DNA of 64,000 nucleotides. Origin: Antedon mediterranea. Lineage: Eukaryota; Animalia; Echinodermata. The stretch is from the NCBI RefSeq assembly GCF_964355755.1, contig NC_092678.1, positions 11,158,352 to 11,222,351 of the forward strand. The letters run 5' to 3'. The translations under genes and the position numbers were made by a program. The notes under the pieces were generated by a model. The model was not told where the DNA came from and made no database searches. It saw only the letters and a program-made list of their open reading frames with translations. Each line of letters opens with the position of its first letter. Position 1 is the first letter of the stretch. Shown one piece after another: positions 50,690-62,613 of the stretch.

Positions 50690-51071
50690 TAATTTTTAAA
50701 ATAATACGGCTGAGATAATTAAAAAAGGTCAGCAATGGTTATATTTCCTCAGAAACGTCAAGAAACCGTCATTTTGTACCAAATTCCACGCACATTTTTA
50801 ACTCAAAGATTGTTAGGTCATAATAGCACAAATAAATATATATACAGTGTATATTTTTTAAGTTTTTAAATAGAAATATTATTTCTAACCTATATTACAT
50901 AGTAATTTTATGTGGGATTTTATGTTTTAATGAATGTTTTTGATTATAATTTTTTCTATGTATGATGTATTTGTGAATGTTTTGTTTGTTTTTACCCTAA
51001 TTTTTCTCGAGGAAAACAATATTTCTATGTACACATTTTCATGGAATAAATAAAGATTCGATTGATTGATT
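50690..51071 (+). mobile_element. Decayed 3' end of a non-LTR retrotransposon (Rex1/L2-like)
   Basis: QQWLYFLR-like and RHFVPNS..IFN-like peptide remnants, T-rich UTR, AATAAA and a (GATT)n tail. Confidence 0.4.
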
Positions 51072-51604
51072 AAACATTACATTAAATAGTTTTAAAGAAT
51101 ATAGTTTTTAAGAAATCCCTATAGTCTCTGTAAATGTTATCTAAATGTCTTACAAATTTATATTACATTTTATTATCTTCTGCATATTTTCTATTTGTAT
51201 ATTAAAAAGTTACTGCATGCCATTTTCTTTCTTTTTCTTTAAACCTGGTTGTTTTTAAACACTGTCAATCACTAAGATGCATAACAGTAAACCTCTATAT
51301 TTAGTGGGGAAAAACAATATATAATATGGTGTTTTTTCGAGAAAAAATTTTTTTCAGAAACTGCTTGTTTTCCAGAGACAATTGAGTGCACTTAAAAAAA
51401 CACCTCAAATGTTAATTTTCAAGAATAAAATCAAGGTCAATATACATTTTATAATCTTGCTTCTATTTAAACATGCATTACAAACATTGGTCTATATTTA
51501 GCAAGCATATCAATCAAGAATATCTGAATATACACAAAATAAAAAGATTTTAAAAGAAAAAAAAGACACAAACAACGTTTTGTATTGATATGGTTATACT
51601 ATAC

Positions 51605-51669
51605 CTGTTCTTTGTCATATTTGCTCAGTAATCTCTTTAAACTCTTTTGAAAAACAACTTGGTCTACAT
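51605..51669 (-). CDS. Putative 65-nt coding exon of an unidentified gene (xVDQVVFQKSLKRLLSKYDKEQ)
   Basis: Strong acceptor tttttttttctgcag and donor CAG/gtatag. Only one frame is open. Confidence 0.55.
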
Positions 51670-52115
51670 CTGCAGAAAAAAAAAATTAAAATTATACTTA
51701 ATAGTACGATACTTGTTACTGTATGCAGATATCTGATTTCATTGAGTATGTTGCAGCCTCAGAATATTGTTGTCACTGTAAGTATTAACACCAAAAAAGG
51801 TTAACAAACTGTTTAGTAACAATGATACAAGAAGTGAAATTTCTTATATTGCTAATCTACCTTCTACTGTAGGTAGCATAGTAGACTAGGTGGTCTGTGA
51901 TGTTGAAATAATTCAAAGTATATGCATTATAAAACAAATAATGACCTTTTTTGTATTGGTTGAATGTTGAGAATACTTCATTCATGAAAAAAATTGACTG
52001 CTCTACTTAACTAAGGCTGATTCCATAAAATCATTCACTCAATTTATGAACCTTCATTATTTGTATACTAAAATAGTTTTTGAAAACTGTAAACATTACA
52101 TTGTACTAGATCGAG

Positions 52116-52335
52116 AAACAACGAGAAAAACTTGAAAACTGGAGACCAATCACATTACTAAATGTGGACTATAAAATTATGACACACGTTCTCTCATGTA
52201 GAATGCAAAAAGTGATATTCACCATAGTCAATGATGACCAAAAAGGTTATATCAATAAAAGATTTGGAGGTGAAAATGTAAGGCTTGTAGAAGATATTCT
52301 ATCCTACACAGAAAATAATAATAAAGCTGGTGCTA
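52116..52335 (+). pseudogene. Tx1/L1-type LINE ORF2 fragment (start of RT)
   Basis: Translates LENWRPITLLNVDYKI...IVNDDQKGYI..R..GENVRLVEDI. Confidence 0.85.
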
Positions 52336-52631
52336 ACTCGACAATTTAAATGTTTTATAGGCCTAATTCTTTAAAGAATACCGATTTACCCTTTATGACA
52401 TTCTAACTGTAATTACAGCAGTGAAGGTGTAAATAAACATCTAGTTATTCATCATTGTGTTAATTACTAACATCGAAAACATCCAATGTATAAGTATACC
52501 CTTCGTAAAACTTATGTCAGATGTTGCAGTAATTAGTTCCGTAAACTAAGTTTGATATTCGCCATAACATTATGTCATATCATCAAACGACTTGTCAAAG
52601 TAATTATTCTTTTAGAAGATTGTTAACAAAT

Positions 52632-52662
52632 ACCGATTTACCGGAGTAAAGCGGTCCGCTAG
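52632..52662 (+). mobile_element. Helitron-like 3' terminus (hairpin plus CTAG)
   Basis: ACCGATTTAC-CGGA-GTAAAGCGGT hairpin followed by CCG-CTAG|T. No 5' end defined. Confidence 0.4.
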
Positions 52663-52966
52663 TCACACTAAACGCCCAGTCATTGTCATTGCGTTCTTAA
52701 CTTGAATGTTCATATAAGTAGTTGAAGAAAAGGAAAAATTGTAACAAGAATCATGAAACAATTATTTTTTATGTAACAAATTTAATGACAAAAAAATTTT
52801 ATAACAAATTATGATAAACTTAAATTTATGTAAAAAAAGATTCTCGATAAATTATTTTTTATGTAACGAATTTCATGACAATTAATTAAAATGTAAAAAT
52901 GCATCTTTTTAAACGTAATAGTATGTAGCCTACATTAACGTCATGAAACCATGAAGAAACACTAAC

Positions 52967-53332
52967 CTGTTTTCTAGGTATATTAAACCATCTATCAAAC
53001 ACTTTCACCTTTGAAAGATCACATGTAAAATAATCAATCTCTTCCTCAAATTGTTTATACAAAGTATCAGCTGAGCTTTTATCAAGAAGTTGAATGTAAT
53101 CACAATCTAAATTTTCTCTTGATATTTTGTGTACTGGAAACTTAAAATATGAGGAAATCATCTGCTGCTGATCTGATTTGATTAAATTCCGAGTGAAATC
53201 TATTTCATTACTTTTACGTGCCTCTGTTGGTTTCTTTGTGTAGTCATCCTTTACCTTTTCAGAAGGTACGTTGCATTCTGTGGATTTTCCTTTGGAATGG
53301 GTGAAATCAACTGTTGGTTTATAGGCATTCAT
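52967..53332 (-). pseudogene. ALKBH2: ALKBH2-like (AlkB homolog 2 dioxygenase) first coding exon; orphan, probably a gene fragment
   Basis: ISRENLDCDYIQLLDKSSADTLYKQFEEEIDYFTCDLSKVKVFDRWFNIPRKQ resembles the ALKBH2 N-terminal block as I recall it (I.AEGLDC.Y...A.ADEIFQELE.EVEYFTG.LARV.VFGKWH.VPRKQ). Acceptor tttcag at 53348-53353, donor CAG/gttagt at 52966. No downstream catalytic exons seen. Confidence 0.8.
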
Positions 53333-53907
53333 TCTGGTAGAGATCTACTGAAATGTCTATTTTGACTACAACCTTATACACAGAATATTGTATATAAAAT
53401 AATTTATGCATAATGTCAGTAGCGTATCTCTTTACCCATTTTTGTTTTATTTTAAAAGGAAACAAAGAATTCTTTTTTGTAAACGTAACCATTTTAAATG
53501 AAAATGAAACTAAACATTGGCAATGAAAACGACTTATTATTTCTCACTTTATGCATTCGTATTCTTTATTTGTATTTTGTTTGAGATTCATTGCGAAGCT
53601 CCATTGTTAAAATTTCAGGAAGAAATTAAGTACTACATGTCGGTATAGTTCAATCAAGACATACTTATAATATCACTTCATTATATTCTTGTCTTTTTAT
53701 TGTTGTCATTCATTAACTTCCAAAACCAAACAACTATATTGTCTTACTTCCTTACCATCGTTAACCATTGTCTTTTTCAAATTAAATAACAACTCCATTG
53801 TCTTACTTCCTTACCATTGTTTACCATTGTATTAATTATAATAGGATTAACTAATGTCATCCCCTCAAACGCCCTCTACGGGGGCTAGGCCAGTTTATTT
53901 TACTACA

Positions 53908-55914
53908 GGATTGTTCTACCAAGAACAGAAAACGTTCATGAGAACACTGTAAAAATTGCTCAATTAGCAGATGACACAGTCATTTTTACAAGAGAAGAAA
54001 CGAGTTTAAAATATTTCTTTCATGAAATTGAACGATTTTGTAAAATATCCAGCCTAAAATTAAATAAAAATAAAACCAAAGGGATGTGGATAGGTTCAAA
54101 GAAGGACTGTAATGATACCCCTTTCAATATCACATGGACACAAGAACCAATCAAATTTTTGGGAATATACGTAGGCTATGATAAAGATATATGTAATAAA
54201 AAAACTGGGACGAAAAAGTTATTGAACTACAAAATGTTCTTCAGTTATGGAAAAAAAGAAATCTAACTTTCTTTGGAAGAACAACAATCATCAAAACGCT
54301 TGCAATCTCTAAATTGACTTATAACTCAAGCATAATTAACGTACCCTTACATATAATTCCACTTGTTGAAAAAATACTTTATAATTTTCTGTGGAATGGT
54401 CAACGTAAAAAAATTAAAAGACTTGTTCTTATTAAAAAAGCATGCGAAGGTGGCTTGAATATGATAAATTTCAACTCCGTAATAGATTCATTAAAACTAA
54501 CATGGATAAAAAGATTACTCAGTCCAGATCCAGGAAAATTGAAAAATATTCCGAAATACTTTATGTATCCAATAGAATACACTATAGGTGCTACTCAGCT
54601 TAACTTTGAAGATCATATTGACTTGAATAGAATGCCTGATTTTTATGTATCAATGTTAAAATCAGCGGTTAAGTTGAATAATATTGTTAGTGTAGTTCCA
54701 CAAAATATAGAAGACATTTTAAAACAACCACTTTGGGAAAATAAATATATAATTTCCGCAAGTGGAAAATCTCTTTATTTTAAAATATGGCTACATTCCA
54801 AATACAAATCGGTATGTGACATTATCGTTAATAACAGATTTCTAACTTCAGATGAAGTGATACCTACTTTAAGCAATAAACAAAAAGGACTTATCGAATA
54901 TTTTGCGCTCTTGTATTCAATTCCATGTTTGTGGAAAGAAATCATCTTTAATTCAATAGAAAACAATCAAATTAACCTGCAAGTCAAAGAAACCGTATTT
55001 CATAAAAAAAAAACACAAGGCATCTTTTCATTATACCCTTTTTGTTAGCAAGGTTGCTAAAATCCCTAATATACAAGCAAAGTGGGAAGTTGAGTTAGGT
55101 AAAAATGAAATAGACTGGGACAAGACATGGTACTGTAAAGTTCACAATATGAAACATTTACCAAAAATCGCCCAATTTAATTTTAAATTATTACATCGTA
55201 TCTTAGCTTGTAGAAAAAACTTAAAGAAGTGGAATCTTAATGAAAGTGATTGTTGCGAAAAGTGTTGTATAGAAATAGAAAGTGAAAAACATATGTTGTA
55301 CACCTGTAATAGCATTCAATCAGTTTTAAGGAAGTTCCGTAAACTGATCGTTAAATGTATTCCGACTAATGAAACATTACGGCCAAGTTTCCCCGAATGG
55401 TCAGACATAGTTTTAGGAACTCAGAACACGCTTGTTAATGAACTCATCTCTTTATTTACATTTAGTATTTACAAATCTTGCATTATTTATAAAACAAGCA
55501 AACGGATTATCACTTGGAATTTATTTAAGATAGAACTAAAAAATTTAATTTCAAACGAATACTTATGTAATCTAAACAAAGCAGAAAGAAAATGGAACGA
55601 CGTTAAAGAAAAACTCCTTCAATCAATTAAGAAATACACAAGAATAAACATAAACGTACGGTATACAGTATATTTTCTTGATTTAGATCAATTGTTAATT
55701 TACCATCATTATTATATTATTGTTTTCTAGGAGGCGCCCGAGTCCGGGATGACCGAGACGCAACTGGTGCTAGCCAGGATTTAAACTAGAACTATTAAAA
55801 TAAACCTGACTAGCGACGAGGGCGTATCCCCATACTTCGGTTTGGGTTTAGCTTTGCAATATGTATTAGTTTGTTATTTTATCAAAATAAAAAAAAAAAA
55901 AAAAAAAAAAAAAA
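53908..55914 (+). mobile_element. Decayed Tx1/L1-type LINE, 3' half with poly(A) tail
   Basis: KIAQLADDT, LKLNKNKT, IKFLGIYVG, FLWNG...EGGL, FNFKLLHRIL and C..C..E...H...C zinc finger. Several frameshifts; poly(A) at 55889-55914. Confidence 0.9.
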
Positions 55915-56606
55915 CAATATTATGTTCAAAATGTAAAACTATACAATTTTATAAAAGTATTCAAACAAAACATAATCTTATAATGCAATATACCATTTTA
56001 TCATATATATTTATATTATATCAAATCTCTTTTTAATACTGAATATCAATCTTTATATCGTTTTAGCTCTGTAATATAAATTTTCTCTGTATACATGTTT
56101 GTTTTATCTAGATTTCAACACAATATCAAAATATTTTATATAATCTTTTAACCTCTGTCTGTGTAATATCACTTATATATTCATTGATAAATAGATAAAT
56201 AGACATATATACTGTAACCTTCACCATATTGTTTATCATTGCAATAAAAGTGGGTTGCCCCCACAAAAGAAAAAAAAAATATTTATAGATTAAAAGCAGA
56301 GTCCTTTTGTGGAGCCTTTTTCCCCAAGACCAAATACATGAATACTAATAGTAGCTTATTATCCCATTTGGAGACGTTTTAAACCATATTGAGCATTTCG
56401 AAAAAATTTGTTAACATAAAAAAATCAAAGTGCTAAGAATAGCTTGAAATCGCATTTGGAGACGTTTTAGACTATTTTGTGCATTTCGATGAAACTTTGT
56501 TACACAAATATATCAAAGTGCTTAAAATCACATTTGAAACCGTTTTAGACCATTTGGAGCATTTCGAAAAAACTTTTTCAAACAAAACATCAAAGTGCTA
56601 AGAATA

Positions 56607-59600
56607 TAGTGTAGGCTGGTATGTCGTTTATATGAATGTCGTGTATATTTTTTGTTAAAAGCAAACTTTGACTTTATTTCATATCTTGATAATATAAGGA
56701 ATGAAAAAAAATATGTTGCCATTTTTTCAAAAGACATTTAAAGGACCAAATTCAAGATGGCCGCCAACATTCAAATAACCCTATTAAAAATCAGAATATC
56801 ACCAATAATACAAATTATGAATGTGGAACAAGTCCGTTTTGATGGTATTACTGTACCCTTTATACAATCCTAACTATGTAAAGCGATAATATGTCGGCCA
56901 TCTTGGATTTCAAAATGGCCGCCATTAAAATTAAATTCTTTAAATAATTTTTTTTAAATGTGTGCATAAATTGTTGTTTGTACACAATGTTCTAAAATTG
57001 TCACTTCCCACAGGATTGTAAATTGTAAATATAAGGCTAAAGTTGTCAATGTCCTCTATAACAGATATATAATACCCCACTATGACTATTAAATTAAATA
57101 ATCGTTCAAAGTTGGAGTTGCAAAAGTATGGAACAAATTAACAATTTATATCTAATATTCAACAACAATTACGTCTAACTAGAGGGTTAGACCTCTAGGT
57201 CGCTTGCTCCCCTCAAGGAAGTGTAAACGAAGGTTCTCGGAAGGATAATGACTCGGGTAAAAAGGTTTTAGAAGGGCGTTCTCTTTGTACGTTTTCTGTC
57301 GGTTACCATTATTGAAAATGCTTGACATTCGAAAAATTAAACCTACTCTGTTTCACAGTGTCTTAGATGATTAATAACATTTTAAAGTATAGTGTTTATT
57401 GTTTAATAGGGCGGAGGTGGGGAGGCAGAGTTCATTTGAGGGAGATGCTTATTCGAGGGATTTTTTAGTTTTAATAATATCGTAACATTTATAATCAAAT
57501 AAAATCCTCTAATAGATATGAAAAGTGGTAAAAAATTATAACAAATGCTTGGTAAATTATAGTTAACAGTGTAATGAATTCTATTATAAATAGTATATAC
57601 AATATTATGTGTATAATTAATGTAGATGGGCGTTTATTAGATAGTTGGGTAGGTGGGACGGGGGGGTGTAGGCGATTATTATTCAAAGTGATGTTTTATT
57701 GGGGAGGCATTTATTCAAATAAATACCATCATAATACATTATTTCATTTAAACATCTTTTGAAACTAACTTCCGCGACAGTGTAGGCCGTTTCGGCCCAA
57801 GAAGGAAGATGTTTTTAGACTGCTTGCAATATGGGCCCTAATGGGACACAGATAGCCTACAGTTATTCCTGCCAGCTTACTCAATACAACTCGGCTATCG
57901 GGATTTAATTTTTTAACTACTGTACCTTCACACGCGCGGTCCGATCCGAAAATAAACAAAAAACTAAAATAGCTATAGCCACTAACGACCAACTTAACTG
58001 AAACCAGGTAGTTGCAAGGTGAGCCTGTGAACTCATCGTGAACCCGGAAATTACTTTGACCGCGTACAATTGAAATTGAGTTGAAAATCTACCGATGAAT
58101 CAGAAATTTTGTTTTAAAACTCTTTATAATATATTCCTAAGATAGAAATATGGAACAATATCGTAATAGTGAAAACTGTTTTACATTTTGCGGTACACCT
58201 GAGATAGTTCAGGTAGGTATCCAAGGCAGAAATTTGTTCCAAAGTTTTTCCATTGTGCTCGCCTATGTCAGAATTAACCATAATTTATATATAGATTCTA
58301 AATTACAGATCTCATTTCTTTTCATGAAACTGAAACTTGACAGGAGACAGGACCACAATATAAAACAAGTGCATTTATACCTTATTGTGAAATCCTGTAT
58401 AAATATGTTAAATAATAAATGCGTTATTGCTATGTAATTCAATGTCTGAACCTTCAGGGCCATAGTCACGAGTATGGTTGGTAAGTTTTCAACCTGTCAA
58501 CTTTTGGCAGAAGCTTGAAGGAAATACAGATACAGCTCTGCCTATAAATAACCTTGTAAATGAATGAACTCCTACTTCTCATCTTCTACAATCTCAACCA
58601 ATTTCATTAGATATGTACCCCCTACAGACAGACCAGCATTATACACTGGTTTGATGAGTGCACATGGTTGTGGTATAAAAACTCATGTACTAGGGAAAGA
58701 CAAGAATGCCTGTTGATGACTCTTGCCCAAGATGAGTGGAGGTGGACAGAGATGACATCAAAAAGCAATTATTATGTCGACCTGGTGAACTATATGGCTT
58801 TTGGACATGTAGCATTGTGAAAATAGTTTTGAGGCAAGTGCTTTTGTTGAAACTGAACTTGTATTACCTATACAACCAGTGACACAAATCGGGACACAAA
58901 TATCTTAAATGGAAAACATCTGTAAAGGACAAAAGCACACTAAATCTGCTTTCTCTCTACAACTTGCTTCTACAAATGCAGACGGAGAAAGAAATTCTAA
59001 GTTAAGTATCATTTTGTTTGAAAGAGGCTGATCATAAAGATATTAACTTGAATACAGAGAGTCGACGAAATCTAAATGATGTGGTTAAACTATATCCCTA
59101 TATATGTATATGAGAGGACATGTATGTGTGGGACTTGCTGGATTTACATCAATTGATCAGGGTCATTGAGCGTGGTATCATTGGAATAACACAAATTAAT
59201 GATTTCATCAGAGCTGGCAAATATAGTTAACATTTAAAGGGAGATGATATCCCGATTAATGAAGAATGCTGCAATTCGCATAAAGGTGTTTGTTGGCCAT
59301 GGCATGATGAAATTGGACAGAAAATGTTTGAGGCATTTGTAAAAGTCTTGTAGAAGGCAAACTGTCTATATGGGATCCTAAGAAAAAGACGAATATTGGC
59401 AAAAAATATATATGACGGTGAATACAGGTGACAAACTTATCAAAGTAAAAGAAGACTCCTATAGAGATTATTTGCCGGTGAAATGAGGTATTTCAGTTAT
59501 TTTGCCAATTTGTTTCTGAACAAGGTTGTTGAGAACGCAGATCAGTCTGTGGAAGTTTGATGGATACAGTAGTACAGAACGAAGGAAGGTCAACTTACTG

Positions 59601-60245
59601 TATCGCATTCAAGATTAGAAATATTTCATTGAAGGACTTTGGCAGAGTTAGTTGTCATTTAACTGAAGAAGTTTATGAGATGTTTTAATATGAAGAAGTG
59701 TACAGTCAGTACTATAGAACTCCTGATGGTCAACATTTTGTGTTAATCACCATGTTGTTGTCATAAGCATATCATTTTGTATATTTCAATCTAATTTTAT
59801 TTAACTTATACAAGTTTTAATAAGAAATTTAACCCATTTAAAAAAAATGTTGTTGTCATAGGCCTATCATTTTATGTGATTTCAATCAACGTCATAACTT
59901 GCACATGTTTTAATAAGAAATTTAATCCATTTTTTAAAAATGGCGGCCATTTTGAAATTCAAAATGTCAGAATACTAATGAATATAGGTTTATAATAATT
60001 CTTATATAGCAGAGAACCCATATGAACTTAAAATATTATTCATAATGGGTGTTACTTTGTCCAATATGGTAAATGTATTGGATATTTTACGTATTGGCGG
60101 CCATCTTGTATTTGACACCCTTAAGCTTTTTTTAAAAAAATGGCAACATATTTTTTTCATTACTTTACATCCTAAAGACACTAAATCAGCTGGAATTTTG
60201 CTTTTAACAAAAAAATGACACAAAATTACATAGTGGCCTACACTA
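56607..60245. mobile_element. TIR DNA transposon, Academ-like, decayed or non-autonomous
   Basis: Termini TAGTGTAGGC...GCCTACACTA, imperfect inverted repeats over more than 150 bp with repeated AAGATGGCCGCC motifs, and TSD ATA (56604-56606 and 60246-60248) whose removal restores the satellite AAGAATAGCTTG. The superfamily is inferred from TAG..CTA ends and the 3-bp TSD only. Confidence 0.75.
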
Positions 60246-60286
60246 ATAGCTTGAAATCGCATTTGGAGACGTTTTAGACCATTTTG

Positions 60287-62589
60287 CAATGGAACACAAC
60301 CTAAATGTGGCAAATACGTATTTCAAAAAACATAAGACTAGGTACTGGACTTGGGAGAGTCCCAACAGAAAACACAAAAACCAGATTGACTACATACTAA
60401 GCAACCAGCGGGAATAATTCAGAATTGTGAAGTAATAACCAGTGTAGATATTGCAAGTGACAATAGAATGATCAGGGCAACTCTCAAAATCAACAAAAGA
60501 CTAGCCAGGCTGAAGTTTATCCAAAATAAAAAGAAGAGAAGAATTAACATCATGAAGTTGAAAGAGAATAGAGAGGAATTTCAACTAAAAATAAAAAACC
60601 GCTTCGCAGGGTTGGAGTTGGAAGAGTCGGATATTGATGAAAAATGTAATATGGTGATAACCATTATGTTAGAAGAAGCCAGAGCTGTAGCTCCAGCAGA
60701 AAAAATAAAGGTCCAAAGATCGGAGGAGGATAAAGAAATAGAGGAGTTAGATCAAAGAAGGAAAGAACTTAGATTAAAAGAAACAATGTCTGTACATGAA
60801 AAGGTGGAATATGCCGAAGTAGTGAAAACAGTGAAGAAGAAGCGCAGACAAAGAAAGAGGCGGAGAACTGCTAAATTCATCTTAGAATCACTGGAAAGAG
60901 GAAGGGGGCCAAAGACAATACAAAAAAAGCAATGCAAAAAATCTAGAATGAGTAAACTAAAGAAAAAAGATGGAACTGAAACTTCAAAGAGATCTGAACT
61001 GCTAGATATTTGTGCAGATTTCTACCAAGATCTCTACAAATCATCAACCCAACAGTCTGAACATATAAACATTTCATCAAGAAATACAGATATACCACCG
61101 ATACTGGAAAAAGAAGTGGAGGAAGCATTAAAGAGCATGAAAGATGATAAAGCACCAGGAAACGATGAACTTACAAGCGACATCATCAAGCAAGGAGGGG
61201 AGGAGATAATCCAACAGCTAATAAAACTTTTCAACCAAATCTTAGTGATACAGAAGATACCAAGAGCATGGAAAGAAGCCAAGATCATTCTTTTGTTCAA
61301 GAAAGGGGACAAAGCAGATGTTAAAAACTACCGTCCCATTAGCCTCTTGTCTCATCTGTACAAAATCTTCACTAAAATAATCCATAACAGAATAAGAGAT
61401 GTTTTAGACAACAACCAACCTAGAGAACAAGCAGGTTTCAGAGCAGGGTACTCGACAATAGATCATCTACAAGCAATAAACCAGCTAATTGAAAAGGCAA
61501 GTGAATACCAACTCAAACTCTGTCTTGGCTTTGTGGATTACCAAAAGGCATTCGATTCTATTGATCATTTGGATATGTTTGAGGCGCTCCGAAAAATAAA
61601 TTTTGATGAAGGTTACGTCAGAATCATAGAAGATATCTACACTGATGCAATAGCCAGAATCCATACTGATAATGATATATCAAGAGAGGTTCATATACAG
61701 AGGGGGGTACGACAAGGTGATACTCTGTCCCCAAAGATATTCACAGCAACCATCGAAGAAGTATTCAAAAAGGCTCAGCTTAATGGAGGTATAACTATTG
61801 ATGGAGAAATGCTTACAGACCTCCGTTTTTACGGATGACGTGGCATTGATTTCAACATCAGTTGCAGATATGAAAAACCAACTCTCAAGTCTGAATAAGG
61901 AGAGCAAATCAATCGGACTAACTATGCACAAAGACAAAACAAAATACATGACTAACTTTGACACACAGGACGACATTGAAATAGAGGGCCGGAAACTAGA
62001 AAAAGTGGAAGAATATAAATATCTAGGACAAACACTGAGAATGGAAAACACCACGAAGGAAGAAATTCTGTTAAGAATAAAAGCAGGATGGATGAATTTT
62101 GGCAGACACAAACACATGTTGACTGACAAGAGTATACCAATGTCACTGAGAAAGAAATTATTTAACCAATGTGTGCTATCAAGTATGACATATGGTTCAG
62201 AGACATGGGCAATAACAAAGGAACTTGAACAGAAACTTACAACTACTCAAAGAGCAATGGAAAGGAAGATGATGAACTTATCGCTTCGAGACAGGGTAAA
62301 TCATACAATCATAAGAAAAAAGACAGGTGTTACAGATATAATGGAGAAAGTAAGACAATCAAAATGGAGATGGGCTGGGCATGTGGCGAGATTTCAAGAT
62401 AATAGATGGACATACAGATTAACAGAATGGCAACCAAGGGTAGGAAAGAGGAAAAGAGGAAGACAAAAAAGAAGGTGGAGAGATGATCTAACAACATACA
62501 TTGGAACGGCTGCATGGACTAGGACAGCAAGAATTAGACAGAAATGGAAATGTTATGAGGAGGGCTTCATTCAACAATGGATGAACTAA
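60287..62589 (+). pseudogene. RTE ORF (partial APE plus RT) with a frameshift at the catalytic F-x-DD motif near 61830
   Basis: NYRPISLLS, EQAGFR, DYQKAFDS and GVRQGDTLSP in one frame; FTDD, YKYLG, YGSETW, WRWAGHVAR and RW.DD in the next. The shift lies in a T run. Confidence 0.9.
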
Positions 62590-62613
62590 TGCCTAGATAG
62601 ATAGATAGATAGA
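60287..62613 (+). mobile_element. 5'-truncated RTE-clade LINE
   Basis: Begins in the APE C-terminus (ANTYFKK..WTWESP..QIDYIL); 12-bp TSD TAGACCATTTTG (60275-60286 and 62614-62625); very short 3' UTR and (TAGA)n tail. Confidence 0.93.

Noticed and set aside
52886-52966. C-terminal 26 aa of the 148-aa ORF
   Set aside because: Read-through past the GT donor into intron; ALKBH2 similarity ends at RKQ.
55737-55760. Hammerhead ribozyme or SECIS in the Tx1 3' UTR
   Set aside because: No CUGANGA/GAAA core and no correctly spaced SECIS quartet.
57400-57730. G-rich TTATTCGAG/TTATTCAAATAAATAC motifs suggesting a nested Tc1/pogo-type MITE
   Set aside because: Too decayed; no matching second terminus or TSD found.
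60279-60299. CCATTTTGCAATGGAACACAA resembling the 50-bp satellite
   Set aside because: Explained by the TSD plus in-frame RTE codons (FAMEHN); coincidental.
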